Assembly: GCA_051294905.1 (NCBI GenBank)
Contig: CM119385.1
Location: forward strand, 3,162,001-3,226,000
Origin: Botryllus schlosseri
Taxonomy: Eukaryota
Reading direction: 5' to 3'
Length of the DNA: 64,000 bases
The notes beneath the pieces are model-generated. The model searched no databases. It was not told where the DNA came from and was given only the letters and a program-made list of their open reading frames with translations. The translations under genes and the position numbers were made by a program. Of the stretch, positions 24,059-37,300 are shown one piece after another; position 1 is the stretch's first letter, and each line of letters opens with the position of its first letter.

Positions 24059-27000
24059 CAGTGGCGTAGCAGCCACTTGGCGGTTCTGGCTCTGCGCCAG
24101 GGGCGGCAGGCTCCAAGGGGTCGGCAAAATGAGGCTGCGCAGTGTACACAGCCGGCTAAAATCAGCGTAATTGGTAGTCTAATAGCTGGCGGGAGCTAAA
24201 ATCTAATCAAACTGGTCTCGATCGAAAGCTAGTGTCGCGCTGATTCCGAAAACACGAATTAATATATTAACATGGCAATGGAACCATACTCCGAAATAGC
24301 CGTCAAGGCCAATTGACCATGATAATGAAAATTATATCGTGCGATTATTCGGAGCAATGCAGATTTTCAGATCAGCATTTAAACTGTATTTACAGAATCA
24401 GGGCAACAATAGCTTTCGATTAAGATGAGTATTGGTAAATTTGAGCGCTCGGAGGGCCTGGCCAACTATAGGATGCGTATTCAAGTGTGACAATAAGTTG
24501 GGCTTGTATCCGTAGGTTAGTGATTTATACTCTGGGTTACGATTTGATACAGCAGACCGAGATAACTGTGAAGGTAAGCCAGTCTTAGGAACTGCTTAAG
24601 TTGGTAATAATTGTCAGATTCACATATTGTGCTTAAATTTATACAAGTGTTAATTAAGACTAGAAAATGAAACGTGTCAAAGAGAGTGGAGCTTTTTTTT
24701 AGAAAGAAGAAGAAAGCAAGACAAGCAGAAATAAAAAAGCACGAGTGAGCTATGCTGAAATTTGTAACCTCTTCTGGCTCAAACGTCTCTTTAACATTAC
24801 CAGAGAACGATTCAAATGAAAATCAGGACAATAACGCTGAGCTCCAGAAAGATACTGAAAAGATCAGCTTATCTGCAGAAACGCGAGAGACAGAGTCTAC
24901 CAAGAGTAATAGGCCTACCAATGATATCAATTATACACATGTAGACCAAGGTGAAAACAACGAAGAAGCAGTTTCAGTAGTCAATAATCTGCCCAATGAT
25001 GTGGCCTGTTGGCCTGAAGTTATAGATCACCATTTGAGAGTTGAGCTAGTCAAAGCAGGGCCAGAAAAGTATCAAAACAAGGATGGGCCATTTGCTTCTT
25101 GCAGCAGAATAATTAAAGTTGGCGACAGCACTAAGGTTGAGCGAAGAAGTGTTTCTAAAGAATGGTTCTATAATATACTCAGAAACGGTGACAGAATTTT
25201 GGGAAGTTGGTTATTATATTCGAAAAAGCAATCTGGATTGTATTGTTATTGCTGTTAAGTTGTTCCACCTTACTGGCCCTGCCATATGTAGCGCAAAATG
25301 TTTCTATCATTTTTGGCATTTAAATCCATGCATATTTGAGCATGAGAATTCCGAAATTCACAAAGAATGCATGGAAAAATGGAAAGAGCTTGCAATGAGA
25401 CTACAATCGCAACAAACAATTGGCAAGAACATGTAGAAACATATGGATGGAGAGCGAAAGAAGAGGAGAGCAATTTTAGAAAGCGTTGTTGATGTCATAT
25501 TATTTTTAAGTAAACAAAACCTTCCTTTTCGAGGACATCGTGAAGATTTTGAATCCAACAACCAAGGGAATTTTTTAGAGACCGTGAAGCTTCTGGCAAA
25601 ATATAGTCCCGTACTCAGCAAACATCTTTCTGATATTTGTATTTCTAAGAAGATGACAACTACTTATATTTCTTCCACTACTCAAAATGAGCTTATTGTG
25701 CTTCTCAGTAAAAAAGTCAAAAGCATCGTTCTTGAAGAGGTGCGCGAAGCTAAATATTTCGCGATTATGTGCGACAGTACTCCGGACATATCACATACTG
25801 ATCAAATGACTCTTATAATGAGGTAGGCTATGTAACAATAAAAAACAGCGTTGCCCAACTGAAGGAATCGTTTTTGAATTTCTTTCCGTTGAACGGAAAA
25901 ACGGCAGCTGAAATTTCCCAATCTATTCTAGATGAACTTGAACTAAACAACTTAGATGTGATAATGTGTAGGGGACAAGGCTGCGACAACGCATCTACTA
26001 TGTCGGGAATTCATGCTGGAGTGTAGCAAAAATCAAAAACATAAATCCAAAAGCACTATTCGTGCCGTGTGGAAATCACACACTGAATCTTGCAGGCGTT
26101 CATGCAGTCGGATCACCGCAATTAACCGACAGATTTTTTGCTGTTTTAGAAAGATTGTATGTATTTTTTGCTGCTTCTACGCATAGATGGGATGTCCTTC
26201 TAAAGCATGCGCCAATCGCGCTGAAGCGAGTGATTGACACGCGATGGAGCGCACATCACGCCGCTGTAAAGGCCCTTCACGCAAGTTTTGATGAAATTTT
26301 GGATGCTCTTGAGGAACTAGGTAATCCAAACGAAATCTTACTACACGAGGTGACGCTCATAGGATTCTGGAAGCGATTAAGAATTTCTCTTTCTATTCCT
26401 TCTTATGTTTTTGGAAAGTAATCCTGCGAGAATCTCATGACACACAAACTTACTTGCAGCAAAAAGGACTGTTGTTGGAGCAATGCTCTAACAAGATGAA
26501 GCGTTTGTTAACTTTTTAGTGGAAGAACTAGCTCACGTGGTTGAAGGTTCTGTGGCGATCACAAAATGCAGAGAGCTCGAGATTCCAGTTGAAGATCGGA
26601 GAGTTCGCAGAAAAAGGAGAATTCCCGGCGAACAATCAGTAAATGCTGGACTCAGTGTTGTTGAAGAAGATAGACGGTGCATGTTTGAAGCTTTGGACAG
26701 ATTTAAACTTGAAGCTGAAACTAGGTTTACCGGCATACACCACTTGAATGATATGCTTAGATATTTGAATCCCCACGCGCTGCTGCAAATCGAAAGTAAC
26801 ACTTTATTCAGCAGCGCTTTTAAAAGCACTTATGACGACGAGGTGGACTTTTTGGAGTTGGCTGCGGAAATCGACAGATTTAAGAGGCTGGTGCGGAGCA
26901 GTGAAACCACGTTTGATCGTATAGTGCAACAGCGTTTGATGTTTTACGGTGGTTAGATAATGCAAAGCTACTTGATTCGACCCCATATTTATGCTTGTGT

Positions 27001-27353
27001 CGGAAACTTTATCTGAATTGCGAGTGTGAGAGGAGCTTCTCAAAGCTCAAACTAATTAAGTCTTATTTACGTTCTACCATGAATGATGATGAGCTATCAG
27101 CTCTATCCATTCTGTCTATAGAAAGAGACTACGGTAAAAAACTTGAATTTGAGGATATTATTGCTGATTTTGCTTCGGCGAAAGCCTTATTGACGTTGAG
27201 ACGGTGAGGCTGAGATGCGGCATATTATTTGTAATTATTTTTATTGACAAGATTGCTTGAATATGAATCTATGTCGAAATTTGTTGCGGTCTACTTAGGG
27301 GGAGGCATTTTAAGTGAGAGCCAGGGGCGGCAGCACATGCTGCTGCGCCAGTG
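24059..27353 (+). mobile_element. Full-length but decayed hAT element (Tip100/Zaphod, ZMYM1-like transposase)
   Basis: TIRs CAGTGGCGTAGCAGC / GCTGCTGCGCCAGTG (13/15 match); perfect TSD ACCAAAGG (24051-24058, 27354-27361); transposase pseudogene inside. Confidence 0.93.
24667..27207 (+). pseudogene. hAT transposase pseudogene (TTF-type zinc finger, DUF4371-like region, DDE core, hATC dimerisation region)
   Basis: Motifs WLLYSKK..LYCYCC, LPFRGHRE, GNFLETVKLLAKY, YISSTTQNELI, FAIMCDSTPDISH.DQ, RGQGCDNASTMSG, PCGNHTLNL, TRWSA and CERSFSKLKLIKSYLRSTM lie in several frames with stops. Confidence 0.93.
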
Positions 27354-27989
27354 ACCAAAGGGGTCTTGTTTTACCATCATACACAGGTAATGTGAGCGTA
27401 TTTTTGTCTCGAAAATCTGGCATGCCGTTTTGCGTTCATGCCAGTCGGGGCATTGTGCGGTAATGAATTCAAAATTCAAGACATGCTACTGAGAAGCAAT
27501 TTCGCTCGATTACCTGTACGGAATACTAACTTTAATTGTTATATATTTCCACGACGGTAATGATTTTCAACAGATGCCAATACTTAAAGACATTTTACAT
27601 CATTATCACCAATCTTTAGCGACACATCGCGCGTTAAGTTGATTTACGGATCTACTAAAGCAACGAAGGCAGTACATGCACTGCGACAACACAGACTTCA
27701 CACCAATATATACATATTTATTCAAGTTTTTCAAACGTAAAATTGCATCGGGAGATGACGAGGACCCAACGGTGACAAATATTGATGTTTTTGTGCAGAC
27801 CGATGCTTGTAATCGTACACAAATGGGCTCTGTCGGTGTGTTACTGCGCCTGAAAAACAAACTTGACTACCGGTACTAGTAGAAGTCAAAATTTCGAGCC
27901 ATTATTGCTGAATTGACGTCACAATGACAACCTTGAAGCATCGACGCCGAAGATCAAGTCGGCAATGGTATTTCACGAAGGTTCTAAAC

Positions 27990-29186
27990 CAGGGGTTCTC
28001 AAAGGGTGGGCCATGGCCCACTGGTGGGCCACAGAGCATTTTGAGGTGGGCCACAAAGCTATTTTGAAAATTTTAGAATTAATGTAAGTTTAGTTATATT
28101 TTATATGTTAAACGCTAGAAATATATTCGTAAACTTTTCATCCGACATGTACAAGTCGAAAACGGGAGGCACAAACGGCGGCCTATTCCACTGGCTATGA
28201 CAACCTACGGCTAACAGCAACTAAAGTAATTTCGAGTATATGATAACTGGAAGGTAATGCTGGAGTAACCAAGTATCCCGGCAGGATCATTTGTCGTATG
28301 CCGTTGAAAGGGTGTGCAATAAACTCGGAATGAAGTGTAATTAAGGTATAGATTTACTGTACTTCGGCAGGGCAGGTCGTATTATTGTACGACAAAAATA
28401 GCCATAATTGAAAATTATTAGTTACTTCGAGTGACGGTCTACTGCACCACCGCAACGAATCATAATGGATTGAGGATTTAGCGGGGCGTATTAATCTTTG
28501 GAGTCGGTTTAAAATGTCCGGCCTGGAAATCATTGAACATTATATAAGAGTCACATGAACTGATTATATCATTGGATTGAATATTCTGACATCGCAACTT
28601 CAGTTGGTTTGGTACAAGGCATACATTGTACAGCATGCATATTAAAAAACTCTTTCTCCACTTCTCTGTAGTACTAGCACCCATTACCCCATTCATTAAT
28701 GAATTGTCTGAAGCTGACCCTGAATGAATATATTATTCGCCACAATAGTGGAACTAAAACCCCAATCACACAGTGGATCCGTGGATTTGATCATTGAGTT
28801 TCGCGACGCGAATGGAGCTGCGGACGATCATAATATACACAGGAGTTTCAGCTTATGATCTACCAGGGCCGTAACTGCCGCACCCAAACCCCCAATTGAG
28901 GGAGCTCGACGGGGCCCAAGATTATTTCGTGGGTCGTTTGTTGAAGGATATTTATTCAACTCGAAAATTTTCGTAGCGCTTCGCGCGATTTCATGTCCCG
29001 AGAGGTCTAGATTTAAATATCAGCAGTAAATTAAGAGAAAATGCGCATATTTTAGATAAATAGGCATATCGGCGCCGTCGATTACCACACATTAAGCAAG
29101 ATTATGACTCTAAGATAAGAGGTGGGCCACAGCACATTTTCAAACCGGAAAATGGGCCACGGCCAAGAAAGGGCTGAGAACCCCTG
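27990..29186 (+). mobile_element. Non-autonomous Buster-type hAT element, copy 1 of the GTGGGCCA family
   Basis: TIRs CAGGGGTTCTCA / TGAGAACCCCTG; perfect TSD TTCTAAAC; homologous throughout to 44659-45854. Confidence 0.92.
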
Positions 29187-30879
29187 TTCTAAACCATAGG
29201 TGATGGGAGTAGTATGCGACGGATGCGGTCGCATCCCCTATCCAAATATCTTAGATTGTCACGAATTGACTTTTTTAGTTTCCTTACTATATTACAAAAT
29301 CAGTGACAGAAACTTGTTTAACAATATACAAGGAGCATATATTTAACGTAACGGGCATATATTTAACGTAACGGGCATATTTCTGTCAAAACTACATTCA
29401 TTGCAGTATTGAGTTATCAGATCAATGACGTTTGATTCTTACGGAGTTAACGGCACCATGACAAGCGCACGAACAGAGAATCGAAGTCTTAATTTGAATT
29501 CCAGTTTTAGCATAATATTATTATGATCAAATGTCCATTATGTCATTGATTGGCATCTTCCTCCAGATTAGCCTGGGACATGCCTGGTTTGCATTTCTGT
29601 TCCTGGGAAATGTTTTCCCCTCAACTATATCCTGGTTTCTGTATATTATGAATACATTACTGTCCAGTGTCCACTGTGACATCAATCGGCATTGGGCAAT
29701 CTTCCTCCAGATTAGCCTGGAACACCCATGGCTGGCTTTTCCGCTCTGGCGCTCTTTAGAAACATTTTCCATATATGTAGATAGTAGATCCTGGTTTCAG
29801 CATATTATGACCGTTTCGCTGAACGCTATGTCGTAATGTCATCCAAGTTGGATGGTTGACTTTCCGCTCTTAGAAATATTTTCATCTTGTTTCGATCCCA
29901 GATTTCGTTATCTGAATCAAATACGCCATCTTCTCGATGCGGCAAAGTCCATATTTTCGGCTTCTTCCACGTTTCAGAGTTGCTATCCAACATAAAAGAT
30001 CATTTGCCCAATTTTCCGCCTCTTCTTTTTCTATAGCATAAAATACTCATTTGAACTGTTATGAAATTCTAATGATTTATACTGTGCTTGAAATTGAAAC
30101 CTAATACCTTACTCATTCGGAATCAAACCACTCAGAATTTGCCCAGCTTGTTATTATGCTGAACGTATGTCAGTAGATTACGTTAATTATCCTACATTTT
30201 CTTGCAAAGCAATAACTTGAAAAATCCAAAGTAATTCAAATCATTGACTAAATAAATAACTTATCAACTTTTATATGCCATCGCCAAGAACGACACGACA
30301 AGCTACTAGGATTACCTAGTATATCCCTAGCTACCAGCTAGAGTGCTAGACGCTACTGCAGGTCCGCAGCTAGACGCAGTATACTTGTCATGGTCACTGG
30401 GTTGAAACAAAACATTGAGGTCATAGGTTAACATAGGTTCGGTTTATCAGCAACTTTTATCAGTGCAATACATCACAAAAATTGCGATACAATGAAAAGA
30501 TAGAAAGGTATCGAAACGACTTGGATAGTATTTGAAATCAGACACTCACCTTGGCCTTGGCGATGTAAAGATAAGGATGTGCAGATTGCACACTGCATGG
30601 AAAGTAGAAAGACTACACGGCTGATAGACGATACCACGAGGTAATCCCGGCACAGAATAAAATATAAGGCACATTTTAAAATCATCTCTCGTACATCGAA
30701 AAAGCAATCTAATATCACCAAGCCCCGAACTACTGCCATAGCTAAAGGCTTTGCTACTGCGATCTCCGGCAATGTAAATTGACGTCATCGCTAGATACAG
30801 ATGCATTGTGGGTAGTACCCTAAGTGATGTCATAGTGATAGCGACAGTTGAATCATAGATCACTAAGTTGATTCAGAAT

Positions 30880-31620
30880 AACGCGAAACAATAACTTCAT
30901 ATTGTTAATTTATTCGCTAAAAGCTTTTCGACTAACTCTCATCAGTAGCGAACGTTAGTGATGGGGTGAATCAAATTCGAAATGTAAGAACTATTTTGTC
31001 TGTATGACGTAATAATAACAAAAACAAACAACTAGTAGACGGGCTAGATACGGTAGTAACGGTACAAAACAAACGTTACGAGTACATATTCGGTTATAAA
31101 TAACCGAAAACACAACACATAACATTAATGAAATATTCCAAGAGTGTAGAGGCGTTCCTTCTGGCGACAGAGAATCGGCTTTCGTAGCTTTATGATCGTA
31201 GATTCCAGGACCTTTAAATGAAAAAGAGAACGGCCACGAGCAAGTATAGAAAATTGACTGTCGTTGTAATGATCAGCACAATCTGGATGGGATAAGAGAT
31301 GCTGTCCAATAGCCGAATTACAAGCAGTAACTTGATCATAATCACGCAGTGTGTCAACAGACTGCGATGAAGGAGTTGGAGAAACATTATTTATTCTAAT
31401 TTGCCGTGGGACATGCTGGCGAATTCTTTGCTGCAAGCGCTGAGACGTGCGACCTACATACCGACTGTCACATCGGCACGTGTATTCATATATTATATTG
31501 CTTTGATTTGTCGCAGGTAGCACATCCTTTTGTGTTGCAGGCATCAGAGATTTCGTCGTGAAGATTATCTGAGGTTCTACTTGTGAAAAACAATGGCTCA
31601 CTGACGATTTAATTTGTTTT
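30880..31620 (-). mobile_element. 5'-truncated Penelope-like retroelement (GIY-YIG endonuclease end plus 3' region)
   Basis: ORF 31125-31601: KDVLP...SNIIYEYTCRCDSRYVGRTSQRLQQRIRQH...SAIGQHL...FSILAR...LKVLESTII...PILCRQKE, the PLE GIY-YIG with its CCHH residues; a hammerhead motif lies downstream. Confidence 0.9.
30913..30952 (-). ncRNA. Minimal type I hammerhead ribozyme motif
   Basis: Minus strand TTCGCTA-CTGATGA-GAGTTAGTC-GAAA-AGCTTT-TAGCGAA: 7-bp helix I, intact CUGAUGA/GAAA core, 2-bp helix II, palindromic AAGCTT helix III; located in the PLE 3' region, where such ribozymes are known to occur. Confidence 0.8.
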
Positions 31621-32028
31621 TCAAACCTGTTGATTCAGTAAAGGCATGGGAAAATGAATGGAAATTTGTTTTCCATGGTACGGGAAGTTATGGAAAAGCG
31701 GGTACTGTTAAAATATATTTGATTCGTGACAGGTTTGTCGTATTATATGCGCCACTCGCTTCATACATAGATTTTGCTACTTTAAGAAAATATCGTGGTC
31801 TGTGGTGTTGGCTGAGTGAGAATCAGAATCAGCAGTATCGCTCTGTCTCCTGTCTGGAAGTTTATGAAAACGAAATTCATGCACAAAACCGGTAAGTTAC
31901 GGCCTATAATTTTTTCAAGTTGATATTTTCTAGGAAAAAATTTCACTTGAAATTAAGTTGATTAACAAACTACCGGTACGGTAGTTCGTGTATACCGTAT
32001 CACAGTTGCGCTCTAACTTAGCAAAAAG

Positions 32029-32980
32029 CAGGGTTGTAACTAAGTCACAAGGTTCCAAGTCGCAAATTTTGACTCGAGTCGAGTCACTTTCAATTCGTCA
32101 TCGGGTCAAGTCCGAGTCCAAGTCACGAAATGGAGTTTCGAGTCCGAGTCATATTGTTTTGACTCAAGTCCTAGTCCAAGTCAATGTGTTGACTGTTCGG
32201 TTCCGAGTTAATGTCATGTGTGTAGCGGTCGCTGCAACGACTTGTTGCAAGACACGCTGGTATAGTGCTTGATTGGAGTCGACGCTACAGCTACAGTTCC
32301 CGTTGTACGCACTAAGTCGACTGCCTAATGACCGCTCTGAGTACTCTGGCAATCCTGATCACACACGCAGATCCAAGGAGCTTTCTTTTATAGCACAGAA
32401 CAGCCAAATAGTAGTAATTAGTGGTTAGAAACTTGTAGATTTACCAGGTTCAAATGATACTGCGGTTAAACAAGAAAAAGGAAGAATAAATCGAGCGAAA
32501 TGGAGCCAATTGTCTATCTTACGACTGAAGCGCGGGCGTGCCAACCTCAATATGCGGGTTCTGAGAACACGTGCCTCGCAGATTGCCTGTGCCCGTGTGT
32601 GCCGTCACGGTTTTGGTTTGCGTGCGGCCTACTTATGCTTTCGCGCATGACAGTCGTTTACAATGTGAAACCCACTTTTTACAACTCTGCTTGGTGATAC
32701 AGTATGCTTCGCATTCGCAATATATATACCAATTTTCTCACTTCTGACGGTTTTAGTAGCATTTTCAAGTATCAGTATTGACAGACGAAATGATAGTAGT
32801 GTGATAACTTTACTATTTTTGGAAATTACAATGAAATGCGCCTGTCCTGGTAGACCCAGCCTCGAGTCATGCAAGTCGACTCAATGGACTTTATCGAGTC
32901 GAGACATTTTTATTTATTTTGAAATGACTCGAGTCAAGTCGAGTCACCAGACAATAGCGACTCGAGTCATTACAACCCTG
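32029..32980 (-). mobile_element. GACTCGAGTC-rich hAT MITE, copy 1 (with an unrelated insert of about 0.4 kb)
   Basis: TIRs CAGGGTTGTAA / TTACAACCCTG; TSD GCAAAAAG/GCAAAAAT (7/8); reverse-oriented homolog of 54050-54633 and 56984-57580. Confidence 0.88.
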
Positions 32981-33052
32981 GCAAAAATCACTATGAAGTA
33001 GTGTAACCACTAGATAGCTAGTAACGATTTTGAATTGTGTGCAGGTAATCCA

Positions 33053-34310
33053 ATGGAAAAGTGCCGAAAGAGAAGTTCTCGGACAAGACTGATATGCAAA
33101 AGCTGTCGTCGATCCATATCTTCGTCTTCCAAAGAAGATCACATAACGGCTGCTCATGGGGGCGATTGTTCAATTGAGTTTAGTGTGGAAGATCATCTTA
33201 GACAAAGCAAGCTAACTTTCAAACCCATTGCTCGGCCCATTGAAGTTGAACAGTCTCAGCAGTCAGTACTGGTGCCAATCGACAGTGCACATGTAAACTC
33301 CTGCTCTCCTGAACTTGATATCCCTACTGTGGCAGTGTCTTGTCCTTCAGTGCCAGAAATACCTGTGATAGCGCCCAGTGATGATGCTTGCTCAAATGAA
33401 AAAGATTCGAAAACCTGTGTTGATGCTGCTGGTCTACTCAAGGCTGTCTGCAATTTCCAATTCCTTTTGGGACTTAAAATTTTGAATTGGATTTTCAAAT
33501 TTACTAACAGCCTTTCCACCCATCTTCAAGGGACAGAAATTGATATAGGAATTTCACAACAACTGGCAACCGCAACCATTTCATGCTTGCGTAATGCAAG
33601 GACTAAAACGGCATTTCATGGAATCTGGGAAGACGCTTGTAAATCTGTTGAACATCTGAAACGCCAGGATGTTGACATCGAGGTGACTCTACACCAGAGA
33701 CAGCAGTGGCCATCTAAAAGGTTCCAAGCACTGGTTGGTGAGGATGGTGAGAGGGACGCAACTCGGGGGGTTTTCTGATGAGGAAAGGATGTGCTATGAA
33801 GTGTACTTCGACGCGATTGATAGAATCTCTGCTGAGCTATCTGAACGGTTTGCCAACAACACGTCGAAAGTTCTTCTGTCGCTAGCAGAAATGGTACAAG
33901 GGAAAGGAACTATGGATGACTATAAAAAAATATCAGCCTTTTATTCCATAGATCAGGAATTGTTGGAATCTGAGTGTATTCTGTTCCAAAACTTAAATCC
34001 GCAAGGTATGATCAAAAGTGCTGGAGAATGTACGGAACTTCTTGTGTCTACTGGCATTGGAAAAACCCTTCACCATTTCTCGAGGGCCGCACAGATTTTT
34101 GCCACTATTCCTGCGACATCTTGCACTGCTGAAAGGTCTTTTTCAGGGTTGAGAAGGCTCAAGACCTATCTGAGATCCACTATGGGGCAGCCACGTCTTA
34201 CTAACATGGCGGTATTATACCTTGAAAGAGACATGACAAATAATATTGATATTGAGGATATCATAGATGTGTTTGGTATTCGCCATGGCAGAAACAAATA
34301 CTTTTTTTGA
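33053..34310 (+). pseudogene. Internally deleted hAT (Tip100/Zaphod-like) transposase, one frameshift near 33770
   Basis: N-terminal CKSC...HITAAH zinc finger-like segment joined directly to DAAGLLKAVCNFQFLL..., then IPATSCTAERSFSGLRRLKTYLRSTMGQPRL; the central catalytic region is absent. Confidence 0.88.
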
Positions 34311-37300
34311 ATTGCCAACACTGCCCAGAAATTGGGAAGCCTAGAGTAATCTTGGACTCTGTATCAGTGTGTGTGTGTGTATCAGTCATTTGCTTTCAGT
34401 GTATTTCAGCCCTGAATATGTGAAAAGTTGTTCCCAGTGCGACATCGAAACAAACAAATGCATTATAACTGCTTTTGTGATTCATTGTCTATTTGCGCGA
34501 TAAAATTATTTTCGCATCCCTAAAAGTTTTTGCTCCCATACACCTATGTTCTAAACCCCCGCATTGCCATCGAAAAGGAATTAACGATTTAGGGATAATA
34601 TATTATCAATATATAATATAATAAGAATATTCTGTGAAACTTACAACGTCACAGCTAATCTAAGAGTACCATAGGAAGACTAACAAAATCCATACCTTGG
34701 CAGCAGAGCGCCTGAAATCAGCAAAACTTCAGTTCGTACCGAAGCCTGTCCTAGCAACACAACAGCATCAATCAAGGCACGTTACGCATCATTAGATAGA
34801 TATCGTTTGCGGCTACAATACGGACGTAGGTACGTCTCGGTAGCTAAGGTAGCGACGAAGTTACGATCGGTTGAAATTGGTGTTATTTGGTGGAAAACGC
34901 GGCGTTTTGAAGACAATCGTCAAATTTAGCTCGGCCTCGAAAGAGTTTAGCTAATCTTCCAGCGTATGGCAATTTTTGAAAGTGATGTTATAGTGAAGTT
35001 TCATGAGTAGTATCACGCTTTCTTTGGTGGTTTTACAGCGAATTTCAAGTTCTCAAATATATAAAAAAGACATGTGGCAGTTAAATTGTCGAATATACTT
35101 GAAAATCCAAAATGCCGACGCGGGCTGCACAAAATGATATTGCGGGCCGCGTGCTTGAGACCCCTCATCTAATTACTACGTGTGGATTCATTACGCAATG
35201 ACGATCTAATAATTGTGACGTAATAATGAACGATGGCATTTGAAAATCCGACGTTTCTTCAATCAATAACCTGGTACAATATCGCTCTCATCTTTTAGTC
35301 CTTATGCCATAGTCCATCTATAAATAAAAAGCAATCGTCTATTTAAAAAGAAACCAATCATATATGTGAAATAATCGATTACGATTACGATTACTTCGGC
35401 TACTTCACGACTGTGATCGATTCCGATAACGATTACTCGAAAATGCAATGATCGTCGTGATCAGTTACGACTACTATCCACGATTACCCCATCTCCAGGC
35501 ATTTTGACATCTCGGAAACCAGATGCCAAGACTGCCAAAATAAAATTTTGAAAATGCTAAAAATAAGGCATTTTAAAATATATTATTTTTTGAAGGTTTG
35601 TGATAAAAATGTGAAACTACAAAACAATTGTGTAAAGCAAAATTCCCATTCGGACATCATTGTTCCTGGGCCGTGGGTTACATTTGCATAGCATCTTAAT
35701 GAATGTGATTTTTTTTATATACCGCATGACCAGGTCTAGTTGTTGGATTACATATTATTCATTGAATCGGGCGTTAAAATGTGTAAAACCACAAGAGAAA
35801 ACTTGGGATTCATATTGAAATCAGTGCTGATTTGACCTTATTTCTAAAGGTTGGGATTGGATACGGATTTTGCGTGGTCAACCGTCGGATGTTTTCGAAT
35901 TCTGATGCTTGCATCAATATAAGACGCTTGAGTTTGAAATTTTCGAGATTTACTATTACGTAACTGCGTTGAATATTTTCGGTTCATGAAATTTAGGCTG
36001 GATCAGATTGGGATGAAATAACCTGCCACACATGCTGGCTAGCTCACATGTAGGCTACACCAGAAATACCACAATCACCCAAAACGAAGCGTTTCGGATA
36101 CTACATCCCGTACATTTTCAATATCTGTTATACGTCTGTCGTAAGTAAAAGAATATATTTAATCAGAAGTTACTACACGTGAAAATATTTCAGCGCGTCA
36201 CGTGACCTTGGAACTGTACGAGCTAAATTATCACAATGGTATCCGATATCATAAATGTAAGACCGTTTGTAATGAAATATCAGGCTGCACCGATAGGCTC
36301 TCGTGCATTTTCACTTCGCCAAATTCGGTTTACATAGTGACAGATATGCACTGAGGGATCTATACATGGGACAAGGCCTGTCAGCTGACTCTTCTCTCGT
36401 AAAGGTTATTCAAGTGCATGCAAAAATATTCTTTAGCTGACATAATTATGTGTGCAAAATTGGCATTTCAGCATGATTTATTTAATAGAACGTACTTGAA
36501 TACCTTATTGGTGTAGATCTACTTCAATACTGATGACTTCTAGCTATTTGCGGAGCGAAACAGACACAGAACTTGATAATGAGATAATCAATCAAATAAA
36601 GAGTTAGAACCCGGCCTAGAACAAATAACGAATTGTGTGAAATGGCCATTGATGTTGAAATATCTAGAACAGTGAGATAATAAATATTAGATATCCAAAC
36701 ATAGGGTATAGAACCAGTTCGAATTTACTTGAATTTCAAACAATTTGACGATACGAATTATCGAATTACTCAAATTTCATTCGCGTAGCGATACATGTGC
36801 TCAATGAAATCTCACGACCAGGAAAACAGAACTATTCAACGCAAACTATAAAAATGTGACCCTATCTGCAGTTGCTATATAATGTTTTTTTTTTTTCATA
36901 ACGGTGATAAAGTCTTCCAAATGACATTCTTCGGTCTTCAAGCTTACTTTGAGCTACATTCCAAATAGGGACTTGCTTCCCTCCTCTCTGCAGAAGTGCA
37001 TCAAGCATATACGACAAACTGAAAGTGAATAAACATGATATGGGTTGACATATAAACTCATAAGGGCCATTGTGATTGTGGAAAGATCGCCACAACGTTT
37101 GCAGGGCCGCATAAAACAGTCTATTTCGAGAAAACGTCGTCTTTGACTCATTCCCTGAAGTCTGAAGAAGAACTGGCAAAGTCTATAAATTCTCCCAACA
37201 TGGACACGACAGACGACACGACATTGGGAGAGGCCGTTCACATTTTACTTTGTGTGACTTGGAGTCGACTTTGATCAATATATGCCAACCTAGTTTGAAC

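Larger units (their letters stand above)
29195..34548 (+). mobile_element. 5.35-kb non-autonomous hAT (CATAGG TIR) with internally deleted transposase and nested insertions
   Basis: TIRs CATAGGTG-ATGGGAG / CTCCCATACACCTATG; TCGCATCCC subterminal motif at both ends; TSD TTCTAAAC (29187-29194, 34549-34556); hAT transposase remnant at 33053-34310. Confidence 0.85.

Noticed and set aside
32090-32180. Regularly spaced GAGTC/GACTC repeats resembling a CRISPR or iteron array (also 54060-54600, 56995-57550, 39570-39720)
   Set aside because: These are subterminal transposase-binding repeats inside TIR/TSD-bounded MITEs; no constant repeat with unique spacers, and the context is eukaryotic.
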